A DNA stretch of 64,000 bases from Candidatus Omnitrophota bacterium (GTDB lineage Bacteria; Omnitrophota; Gorgyraeia; 1-14-0-20-64-10): the NCBI GenBank assembly GCA_023818695.1, contig JAMWCF010000002.1, positions 66-64,065 of the forward strand, written 5' to 3'. Below the pieces are notes generated by a model. That model had not been told where the DNA came from. It saw only the letters and a list, made by a program, of their open reading frames with translations, and did no database searches. Made by a program: the position numbers and the translations under genes. This document shows, in pieces, positions 29,705 to 37,777 of this stretch; within the stretch, counting starts at the first letter, position 1, and the number at the start of each line of letters is the position of its first letter.

Positions 29705-30941
29705 CTGGTTCCTGGGGAGGGTCGTGACCGGCTCCGGTGTGGTGGAGAAGGGAGCGGTCGGGATCGACGGTGAGAGGGTTATCTACGCCGGCCCTGCGTC
29801 CGGCGCCTCCAGGGATCCGCGGGAGATCTGTCAGCCGGTCGAGGGGTGGATTACGCCTGGGCTGATCGACCTGCACATTCATGGAGCCGGCGGACGGGAC
29901 CTCATGGAAGGGACCGTCGAAGCGGTGCGGGCCGTCGCCGGCACCCTGGCGGCCCACGGCACCACCGGTTTCCTGGCGACCAGCGTCGTCTGCCGGCGGG
30001 ATGAAGAGAACCGTCATCTGGAAGCGGCCGCCGAGCTGTTTTCACAGGCCACGGAGGGGGCGGAGGTCCTGGGGATCCATGTGGAGGGACCATATGTGAA
30101 CCCCGCCAGGGCGGGGTTAATTCGGCGGGAGAGGATTTGGCCGCCGGACCGGACCGATCTTCAGAGGATCCTCCGTTTGAGTCGAAACCGCCTGAAGATG
30201 ATGACGCTGGCCCCTGAATTGCCGAAGGCGCTGGAGCTGATTCCCGCTTTGGAGGATGCCGGGGCGATCGGCTCCATGGGCCACACCGAGGCCTCTTTTG
30301 AGCAGGCGAAGACCGGGTTTTCCCGCGGGGTCCGCCATGTCACCCATCTTTACAACGCCATGAGAGGACTGCATCACCGGGAACCGGGTGCTCTGGGGGC
30401 GGTCCTGACCGATCACCGGGTGACGGCCCAGCTGATCACCGACGGGGTGCACGTCCATCCGGAGGTCCTGCGGTGGACGACAAAGGTCCTTTCGGCCGAT
30501 GCGCTGGTGTTGATCACCGACGCCCTCCCGTCGGCAGGCCTGCCGGACGGGATCTACGCCTATGACGGTCGGTCCTACGAATCGAAGAACGGCTCCGCGT
30601 GGCACCATGAGGGGCCTGACCACGATGACCGACAAGTAGCCGCAAAGCGGTCGAAGGAAATGGCTGCGCTTCCTTTGAGCGCAGACCACAGATTATTTGG
30701 AACGACGATTCTGCTGGATGAGATGGTCCGCAGGGCGGTTCGGCTGGCAGGGGTCAGTTTTCCGGAAGCGGTCCGGATGGCCAGCGCCAACCCGGCCAGA
30801 ACGCTGGGCCTTGAAAAGGAGATCGGCTCGCTGGAGAAGGGGTGCCGGGCCGATCTGGTATTGTGGGATTCCGGCTACCGGGTGACTGAAACGATCATGC
30901 GGGGCAAAACCGTCTGGAAGCGGACCGAATCCAATGCTTAA
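29697..30941 (+). CDS. nagA: N-acetylglucosamine-6-phosphate deacetylase
   Basis: PGLIDLHIHGAGG, GIHVEGPYVNP, GHTEASFEQ, VTHLYNAM and the C-terminal GSLEKGCRADLVLWD match the NagA amidohydrolase pattern. There is a ~25-30 aa charged insertion (HHEGPDHDDRQVAAKRSKEMAALPLSADHR) before the LAGS-equivalent segment. The start (TTG 29697) is uncertain. Confidence 0.8.
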   Translation: MANWFLGRVVTGSGVVEKGAVGIDGERVIYAGPASGASRDPREICQPVEGWITPGLIDLHIHGAGGRDLMEGTVEAVRAVAGTLAAHGTTGFLATSVVCRRDEENRHLEAAAELFSQATEGAEVLGIHVEGPYVNPARAGLIRRERIWPPDRTDLQRILRLSRNRLKMMTLAPELPKALELIPALEDAGAIGSMGHTEASFEQAKTGFSRGVRHVTHLYNAMRGLHHREPGALGAVLTDHRVTAQLITDGVHVHPEVLRWTTKVLSADALVLITDALPSAGLPDGIYAYDGRSYESKNGSAWHHEGPDHDDRQVAAKRSKEMAALPLSADHRLFGTTILLDEMVRRAVRLAGVSFPEAVRMASANPARTLGLEKEIGSLEKGCRADLVLWDSGYRVTETIMRGKTVWKRTESNA

Positions 30942-31938
30942 ACTGGGCGTCAGCTACTACGGCAACCGGATTCCCTGGCGGGTTCGGGAAGACCTGAAGG
31001 TGATCCGGGAAGCGGGCTGCAATTACATCGTGCTCACCTTCAGCGAAGAGGATGTGGAGTTTTACCAGGGGGCCTTTCAGGAGATCGTCAAAGCCTGCCA
31101 TGAGGAGGGACTGGAGGTTTGGATGGACCCCTGGGCGGTGGGGCAGGCCTTCGGCGGGGAGACCTACTCGAGTCTGGTTGCCAAAAACCTTGCTGTGCGG
31201 CAGGTCAATACCCACGGGGAATCCCTGGCGATCGCCTGTCCAAACCATCCGGCTTTCCGCGATTATCTCCTGAAGTGGATCCAGGCCGCCAAAAAGGCGG
31301 GAGCTGACGTCCTTTTTTGGGATGAGCCCCATTTTATGATCTACCCGGAACCGGACGCCCAGTATCCGGCCAAGCTGTGGGCCTGCTGCTGCGGCGTCTG
31401 TCAGGCCCTTTTTGAGAGGAAAACGGGTCAGGAGATGCCCCAGCTGCTGACACCGGAGGTCCGGCTTTTCAAAGAGGATTGCCTTGTCGCGACGACCCGG
31501 TTTCTCTGCGAGGCCACCGTTGAAAACGGGATGAAGGCCTCCGTTTGTCTTCTGCCTTTCGAGAATTCATCCACCGTCAACGATTGGTCCAAGATCGCCT
31601 CCCTTCCGGCCCTCTGGTCGATCGGAACCGACCCCTACTGGCGTCCGCACCAGAGCGATGTGGAGCAGTTCGTCGGCAGGTTCGCCAGGCGGATCAAAGA
31701 GCTAGCCGACCGCTACCGGAAGGAGCCCCATCTGTGGATCCTGAATTTCAAGATCCCTAAAGGGGAGGAGCGAACGATCCGGACCGCCATCGAAACCGGC
31801 TATCAGGCGGGTATCCGCAACTTCGCCGCCTGGAGTTATTACGGGGCCTCCTATATATCGATCCGGGCGGAAGATCCGCAGGCCGTTTGGAAAACATTAA
31901 CCGAATGTTACCAGGAGCTTTTGAAGCGGCCCTCTTAA
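30934..31938 (+). CDS. TIM-barrel glycoside-hydrolase-like protein, family not recognised
   Basis: 334 aa. The alternating beta/alpha pattern (LGVSYYG..., NYIVLTF, LEVWMDPW, ACPNHPAFRDYL, VLFWDEPHF, HLWILNF, FAAWSYYG) suggests an (alpha/beta)8 barrel. A C-C-C-G-V-C cluster is present at aa ~151-156. The functional call is weak. Confidence 0.35.
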   Translation: MLKLGVSYYGNRIPWRVREDLKVIREAGCNYIVLTFSEEDVEFYQGAFQEIVKACHEEGLEVWMDPWAVGQAFGGETYSSLVAKNLAVRQVNTHGESLAIACPNHPAFRDYLLKWIQAAKKAGADVLFWDEPHFMIYPEPDAQYPAKLWACCCGVCQALFERKTGQEMPQLLTPEVRLFKEDCLVATTRFLCEATVENGMKASVCLLPFENSSTVNDWSKIASLPALWSIGTDPYWRPHQSDVEQFVGRFARRIKELADRYRKEPHLWILNFKIPKGEERTIRTAIETGYQAGIRNFAAWSYYGASYISIRAEDPQAVWKTLTECYQELLKRPS

Positions 31939-32058
31939 GAGGTTTGGTTATTTCTGCCCGATATTTTCGTTGACAAGAGGGGAAGCCACAGGGGAAGATA
32001 ATAGCCGTTGTTCCGCAGCTCACCTTAATAACCTTTTCAAAACAGAAGGGGCATTCCA

Positions 32059-33264
32059 GTGGTTCGCGGCGTTGAAACAGATGAACATTCACTCACGGAG
32101 CGTGAACGTAAAAACGTTTCGATCTTGGAAGCGATCAAGCGGTACGGGCCAATCTCCCGCACCGACATCTCGAAGCTGACGAAGCTGAACATCGTGACGG
32201 TCTCCAATTACGTGAACAGCTTCATCGAACAGGGGATCGTCATCGAAAAGGGGCTCGACATCTCTTCCGGCGGCCGGCGTCCCACCATCGTGGTTCTCAA
32301 CCCCAAGTCGGCCTATGTGATCGGGCTTGATTTGGGAGTTTTTTACATCAATGCCGTTCTCGCGGACCTGGAGGGGGCGGTGGTGGCCTCCTCCAAGACC
32401 CCTCGTCCCCGGGATACCGCCGATAATGTCGTAAAAGCCGTCGTGGAGCAGATTGAAAAGGTGGTCCAGCAGTCCAATCTGGACATCAAGAAGATACGGG
32501 GAATCCAGATCGGAGCCTCCGGCGTCATCGACCGGGAGGTCGGCACGATCCGCTGCACCGAGGGGGTCGCCTCCATTTACGTGCCGATTACCACGATTCT
32601 GCAGGAAAAGTTCAAAATACCGGTGAAGTTGGATCACGACGTGACCACCGCCGCCTACGGGGAGTGGTCCCTGGGGGCGGGAACCGACGTCGACATCATG
32701 CTCTTCATGTTCTCCGGGGTCGGCTGCGGCATGATCATCAACGGCGAGATCTATCACGGCAGCAGCGGAACCGCCGGCGAGGTTTCCATCAAGGAGCAGG
32801 CCGATGTGACCGACGTCTGGATTGGCAACATCTCGGCGCTCAAGCCGTGGGCCGCCCATCTGGGGATCCCGGATGAGGCCAAGGAGCAGATCAAGGCGGG
32901 CGCCGTTTCCAGGATCTCCGATCTGGTCAAGGGCAAGCTCGATGAGATCAAGCTGGAAACCGTTTTCCAGGCGCTCAAGGACGGGGATAAACTCGCCTCC
33001 GAAGTGGTTCAGAAAGCGGGCGAGCGGCTGGGTGTCCGCGTCGCTTTTCTGGTCAACCTGATGAATCCGGGAGCCGTTGTGATCGGCGGAGGCATCGAAG
33101 CGGCCGGGCCGGTGCTCATCGAGGCGATCAAGAAGATGATCCGCATGTATTCGTTTGAAGAGATGGCTAACGCCGTGAAAATCGTGCCGGCCCGACTGGG
33201 GGACAACAGCGTCGCCTTGGGGGCGGCTTCCCTGGTGATTCGGGACGTTTTCGCCGGTTTATAA
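32059..33264 (+). CDS. ROK-family transcriptional regulator (NagC/Mlc/XylR-like)
   Basis: 401 aa. The N-terminal winged helix-turn-helix is SILEAIKRYGPISRTDISKLTKLNIVTVSNYVNSFIEQGIV. The ROK sugar-kinase-like body includes VIGLDLGVFYINAVLAD and GSSGTAGEV. Confidence 0.8.
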   Translation: MVRGVETDEHSLTERERKNVSILEAIKRYGPISRTDISKLTKLNIVTVSNYVNSFIEQGIVIEKGLDISSGGRRPTIVVLNPKSAYVIGLDLGVFYINAVLADLEGAVVASSKTPRPRDTADNVVKAVVEQIEKVVQQSNLDIKKIRGIQIGASGVIDREVGTIRCTEGVASIYVPITTILQEKFKIPVKLDHDVTTAAYGEWSLGAGTDVDIMLFMFSGVGCGMIINGEIYHGSSGTAGEVSIKEQADVTDVWIGNISALKPWAAHLGIPDEAKEQIKAGAVSRISDLVKGKLDEIKLETVFQALKDGDKLASEVVQKAGERLGVRVAFLVNLMNPGAVVIGGGIEAAGPVLIEAIKKMIRMYSFEEMANAVKIVPARLGDNSVALGAASLVIRDVFAGL

Positions 33265-33323
33265 ACAGATCCCGCCGATCCTGCCTGAAGCGAATCAATC
33301 ACAAGAGAAAGAAAAGGGAGACC

Positions 33324-35747
33324 ATGAAATACGGAGATTTCAGCAAAGACGGACGCGAATTCATCATCACCAACCCGGCCACGCCGAGGCCCTGGTTTAA
33401 TTATCTTTTCAACGACATCTATCATTGTTTGATCTCGCAGACGGGGGGCGGTTTTTCCTACCTTCGAGACCCGAAATATTACCGCATCCACCGCTGGGAT
33501 CATTTAAGCTCCGACCGCGCCGGCCGGTACATCTACATCAAGGAAAAGTCAAAAGGGAAGCTCTGGACCCTCAACTGGCAGCCGAGCCGCCAGAAGCTCG
33601 ACAAATGGGAAGCGCGGCATGGTTTCGGCTACACGACGATCTCCTCGAGCTACCAGGGGATCCAGGGATCGGTCACCTATTTCGTCACGCAGGAGGCGCC
33701 GGTGGAAATCTGGCTGGTTTCGCTGACCAACACCGGCCGTTCCGCCAGGACGCTGCAGGTCTATCCCTTCGTCGACCTGATCTGCGGCGACGTTGCCCTG
33801 GAGACCCATTACCGGAATATCCTGTGCCTCTACAACGAATCTTATTTCGACAAGGCGGTCCAGGCGATCGTTTCCTTCAAGCAGCCGTTCAAGTCCTGGC
33901 ACAAGCCGGGCTACGGCTTTTTCGCCGCCAGCTTCAAGACGGAAAGTTTCGAATGCCGGCGGGAGGCCTTCGTGGGTCCCTACGGCGATCTGGATGATCC
34001 GGTAGGGCTGAAGGCCGCACGGCTCTCCAACAAAGGGGCCCGAGGAGAGGACATGGTCGGCGTTCTTCAGACGACCCTCTCCCTGAAGCCAGGAGAAACG
34101 AAAGAGTTTGTGGTGGTTTCCGGCATCACCGACAACAAGGCGGATGTCCCGTCGCTGGTCAAGCGCTTCCGCTCCGTCGGCGTGGCCAAAAAGGAGCTGG
34201 AGGCCATCAAGGCCTACTGGAAAAGGCACCTCGAGCAGGTTTGGGTGGAGACCCCGGACCCGAAATTCAATCTGATGGTCAATCTCTGGGGGAAGTACCA
34301 GCTTTACGCCATCACCCATTGGCGCGGCACCTCCCATTATCATGGGGCAGAAGGGGGACAGGGATACCGGGACACCGCCCAGGACGTGGAAGGGCTCTTG
34401 AGCGCCGACTTGAGCACCGCCCGGGCCAAGCTGGAGCGGCTCCTTTTCTACCAGTACGAAAGCGGTCACGCCGTTTCTGGCTTCTCCGAGGTAGAGGGCA
34501 CCTGGGAAAATCAGGGGGTTCAGGGGGTGCTTAAGAAGGCCGATGTGGCGGTCTGGCTGCCTTACAGCGTCGTCTCCTACATCAAAGAAACAGGAGACAT
34601 ACAGTTCCTTGAGAAGGTGATTCCCTTCCACGACAAGGGGGAGGCGACCGTTTACGAGCATATTTTGAGGGCGGTTCGCTTCATCTACGAGGCGCGCGGC
34701 GAGCACGGCCTTCCGCTGATCGGCCATGCCGATTGGAACGACGCCTATGACCACGTCGGGATCAAGGGCAAAGGAGAATCGGTCTGGCTGGGGATGGCGC
34801 TTGTCAGAGCCGCCAAACAGGTGAAGGAGCTGGCGGAGTTTCTGGGCGACGAGGCGGTCGCCAGGGAGATGCAGCAGAAGGCGGACGAGCTGACCCGGAT
34901 CATCAACGAGGTCGGCTGGGATGGTTCCTGGTACCTGGCCGCCTTCAACGACACCGGCCGGCGGATTGGCTCCCAGCAGAACAAGGAGGGAAAGGTCCCT
35001 CTGAACTCCCAGACCTGGGCCATCTTGAGCGGCGTTGTTCCACCCCAGCGGTTGGCCAGCATCCTCAATAAGATCGACAAGTATCTCGATACCCCGTATG
35101 GACCGGCCCTTTTCCTGCCCAGCTACACGGAGTTCAATCCGGGGATCGGGCGGGTGACCTCCTTCTGCCCGGGGACGAAGGAAAACGCGGCGGTCTTCTC
35201 CCACGCCTGCGCTTTCAAGGTGGTGGCGGACTGCACCATCAAAAGGGCGGACAAGGCGTACGAGACCTTCTCGAAGCTGATGCCGATCTCCAAGGCGAAG
35301 CAGGATCACGACAAATACAAGGTGGAGCCCTATGTTTGGGCCGAGTACGTGATCGGTCCGGGAGCTGGGGAGCGTTTCGGCGAGGGGGCTTTCACCTGGA
35401 ACACCGGGACGACCCCCTGGATGTATGTGGCGGCCACTGAGTGGATTTTAGGGGCCCGGAGGGAGTTCAAGGGGCTGCTGATCGATCCCTGCATCCCGAA
35501 GAGCTGGAAAGAGGCGACTATCCGCAGACCGTTCCGGGGCGCCGTTTATGAGATCACCATCAAGAACCCCATGGGGGTATCCTCCGGCGTCCGGGCACTG
35601 ACGGTGGACGGCAAGCCGATCCGGGGGACGTTGATCCCAGTCCACGGCGACGGCAAGACGCACCGGGTGGAGGTTGTTTTGGGTAAAGGGGGATCCAATC
35701 ACTCCCACAGAACGGCCGGCAAAAGGGTGCTCTCGCGAATCTCGTAA
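33324..35747 (+). CDS. GH94 disaccharide phosphorylase (cellobiose / N,N'-diacetylchitobiose phosphorylase family)
   Basis: 807 aa. The N-terminus MKYGDFSKDGREFIITNPATPRPWFNYL and the catalytic-region motif LPLIGHADWNDAY match the family as I recall it. The size is typical. A chitobiose substrate is inferred only from the neighbouring nagA and ROK genes. Confidence 0.8.
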   Translation: MKYGDFSKDGREFIITNPATPRPWFNYLFNDIYHCLISQTGGGFSYLRDPKYYRIHRWDHLSSDRAGRYIYIKEKSKGKLWTLNWQPSRQKLDKWEARHGFGYTTISSSYQGIQGSVTYFVTQEAPVEIWLVSLTNTGRSARTLQVYPFVDLICGDVALETHYRNILCLYNESYFDKAVQAIVSFKQPFKSWHKPGYGFFAASFKTESFECRREAFVGPYGDLDDPVGLKAARLSNKGARGEDMVGVLQTTLSLKPGETKEFVVVSGITDNKADVPSLVKRFRSVGVAKKELEAIKAYWKRHLEQVWVETPDPKFNLMVNLWGKYQLYAITHWRGTSHYHGAEGGQGYRDTAQDVEGLLSADLSTARAKLERLLFYQYESGHAVSGFSEVEGTWENQGVQGVLKKADVAVWLPYSVVSYIKETGDIQFLEKVIPFHDKGEATVYEHILRAVRFIYEARGEHGLPLIGHADWNDAYDHVGIKGKGESVWLGMALVRAAKQVKELAEFLGDEAVAREMQQKADELTRIINEVGWDGSWYLAAFNDTGRRIGSQQNKEGKVPLNSQTWAILSGVVPPQRLASILNKIDKYLDTPYGPALFLPSYTEFNPGIGRVTSFCPGTKENAAVFSHACAFKVVADCTIKRADKAYETFSKLMPISKAKQDHDKYKVEPYVWAEYVIGPGAGERFGEGAFTWNTGTTPWMYVAATEWILGARREFKGLLIDPCIPKSWKEATIRRPFRGAVYEITIKNPMGVSSGVRALTVDGKPIRGTLIPVHGDGKTHRVEVVLGKGGSNHSHRTAGKRVLSRIS

Positions 35748-35825
35748 TCCGGCATATTTTTCTGACTTTAAAGTCGTCTTCTTCAGAAAAATCGTTAGGA
35801 AGCGTGCCTCCTAATAATCACAATA

Positions 35826-35866
35826 TTATATATTATAATAAGTTAAGACTTATTATTAATATATAA
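35826..35866. promoter_or_regulatory. Near-perfect AT-only inverted repeat inside a ~140-nt AT-rich island upstream of the giant-gene operon
   Basis: The left arm ttatatattataataagt (35826-35843) and right arm acttattattaatatataa (35848-35866) flank a 4-nt spacer, with a one-base indel between the arms. The surrounding DNA (35750-35885) is strongly AT-rich in an otherwise GC-rich window and holds two further small hairpins (35757-35791 and 35795-35814). Confidence 0.5.
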
Positions 35867-35923
35867 TAAATCCAGATATTCTCCTTGACTTTTTCAAAGC
35901 GCCCCACTATACTTCAAAGTAAC

Positions 35924-37741
35924 ATGGAAAGCACACCCCAACCCATACTCCAACCCCGAGTGGGAAGGGAGAAAAGGGCACCATTTCCTCTCATCATCGC
36001 GACGGCCATGGCGGTCGCCGTCACCCCTTGCTTGCCTTTCTCTTTATCCCACGCGGCTGAAGAAGAGCAGACGACCACTTTCTGGGAGCACCACGGGAAG
36101 GTGGAGGAACCGTCCGCGGCAGGTCAGGCGACCGCCGACAAACCGGAACTGCCCAAGGAGAAGGTTCCCCTGACCATGGAAAACCTGCGGGTGCCGGTGC
36201 AGTACGGAACGATCAAGGTCACCCACAGTTCCCGCGAACCGATCATCATCCATATTCAGGATGCCCACGCCAATTACAACGCCCAGAAGAATCTCTCCAG
36301 CATCCTCGAATACCTCATCGTCGCTCACGGCCTTTCCCTGGTCCTGGTGGAGGGGGGATCCCGCAACGACTCCCTTTCCTATATGCGCGCTTATGCCCCG
36401 ATCGAGAAAAGGATCCAGGTGGCGGAGGAGTTCCTCAAAAGCGGCAAAATCTCCGGCGAAAATTACCTGGACCTGACCACCGATTATGAATTCACGGTGT
36501 ATGGGATTGAAAAGCCGGAGCTTTATGACCAGAACATGGAATCGTTCTTCACGGTGGAGAAGGTTCAGCCGGAGGCCCTCGAGGCGATGAAAGGGTTCCA
36601 GCAGGCGGTCGCTCTCCTGAAGGAGCGGCTCTATCCGAACGAAGTGAAGGACCTGGAGGGCCGGGAACTGGAAGTCCAGGCCGGACGGATTCCGCTGGCC
36701 AAGCATTATCAGGCGCTCGCGGAAGAGGCGTCGAAGCGCAGTGTGGCCCTTCAGGAGGTGGAATATCCAAACCTGCTTCGATTCTTGAAGGCGAGCCGCC
36801 TGGAGGCGGAGCTGGATTTCAAGAAGGTCGAGGACGAGCGAACGAAATTTCTGGACGCATTGACCCGCAACCTGCCCCAGGCGGAGATGGACCGGCTTCT
36901 GAAGCAGAGCTTGGAATTGAAGGACGGATTGATCAGCCCCGCCACCTTTTACGGCCATTTGAAAGTCCATGTGAAGCCGGAGCAGGCGGCCGATTACCCG
37001 ACGCTGACCTCCTATATAGAGTATCTGGGTCTTTTCGAGGAGATCGATCACGCCGCTCTCTTCAGCGAAGTGGAGAAGATCAGCGCCAGGGTGAAAGAGA
37101 GCTACTTCACGAACAAGGACCAGCGGTCTCTGGCCCTGGTGGCCAAGGATGTCTCCGTCCTGGCGGACCTTCTGGAGCTGAAGCTGACCCCCGAAACATA
37201 CGATTATTACGCCTCCCACAAGAATGAGTTCAAAGCGGAGAAGTGGGCGGAGATTCTGCGCTCTCTCGGAGAGGACCAGAAGCCGCCCCTGACATTCCGG
37301 CTGGTCCCGGGGCCCCTCAACGCCGCCAAGCCGGCGATGGGCTCTTTCTACGAGGTGGCCCGCAAGAGGGACATGGCGATGGTCGAAAACGCCCTTAAGC
37401 GAATCAAGGAGTTCAACGTTCCGGCGGCGGTTCTGATCGCCGGCGGTTTTCACACCCCGATCTTCGAGAAGATCTTCAGGGACAAGAAAGTCTCCTACGC
37501 CGTGGTGGCCCCGAAGGTAGGCAAGGTGACCAAAGAGGACACCGAGAAATACCACCGGGTGCTGAAAGAGACCTATGTGCCGATGTCGGAGACCTACCGC
37601 AAGAAGATGGGCATCCCGGTGGGGCCCAACCTGAGGGCTGACAACGCCGGGGAACAGCAGTCCAAACAGTCTGGCACCGATGAAGTCCGCCCGATCGCTT
37701 TGATCGAGGCCAAGGGTGCCGATTTCGCCGTATCCGATTAA
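35924..37741 (+). CDS. Exported protein with Tiki/TraB/ChaN/GumN-superfamily-like signature; function uncertain
   Basis: ORF 35885..37741; the ATG at 35924 is preferred. The hydrophobic N-terminal segment is FPLIIATAMAVAVTPCLPFSLSHA. An N-terminal motif IIIHIQDAHANYNAQ...SLVLVEGG and a C-terminal motif AAVLIAGGFHTPIF resemble the paired GxxH-type motifs of that superfamily (from memory, unverified). The middle is long and helical. Confidence 0.45.
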   Translation: MESTPQPILQPRVGREKRAPFPLIIATAMAVAVTPCLPFSLSHAAEEEQTTTFWEHHGKVEEPSAAGQATADKPELPKEKVPLTMENLRVPVQYGTIKVTHSSREPIIIHIQDAHANYNAQKNLSSILEYLIVAHGLSLVLVEGGSRNDSLSYMRAYAPIEKRIQVAEEFLKSGKISGENYLDLTTDYEFTVYGIEKPELYDQNMESFFTVEKVQPEALEAMKGFQQAVALLKERLYPNEVKDLEGRELEVQAGRIPLAKHYQALAEEASKRSVALQEVEYPNLLRFLKASRLEAELDFKKVEDERTKFLDALTRNLPQAEMDRLLKQSLELKDGLISPATFYGHLKVHVKPEQAADYPTLTSYIEYLGLFEEIDHAALFSEVEKISARVKESYFTNKDQRSLALVAKDVSVLADLLELKLTPETYDYYASHKNEFKAEKWAEILRSLGEDQKPPLTFRLVPGPLNAAKPAMGSFYEVARKRDMAMVENALKRIKEFNVPAAVLIAGGFHTPIFEKIFRDKKVSYAVVAPKVGKVTKEDTEKYHRVLKETYVPMSETYRKKMGIPVGPNLRADNAGEQQSKQSGTDEVRPIALIEAKGADFAVSD

Positions 37742-37777
37742 AAACCGTATTCATTCGATAGGTCAAAACTAACTGCA

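Noticed and set aside
31940-32058. TTGACA at ~31972 as the -35 element of the ROK regulator promoter.
   Set aside because: No acceptable -10 hexamer lies at 16-19 nt spacing; the nearest GATAAT is 21 nt away. It was therefore not reported as a feature.
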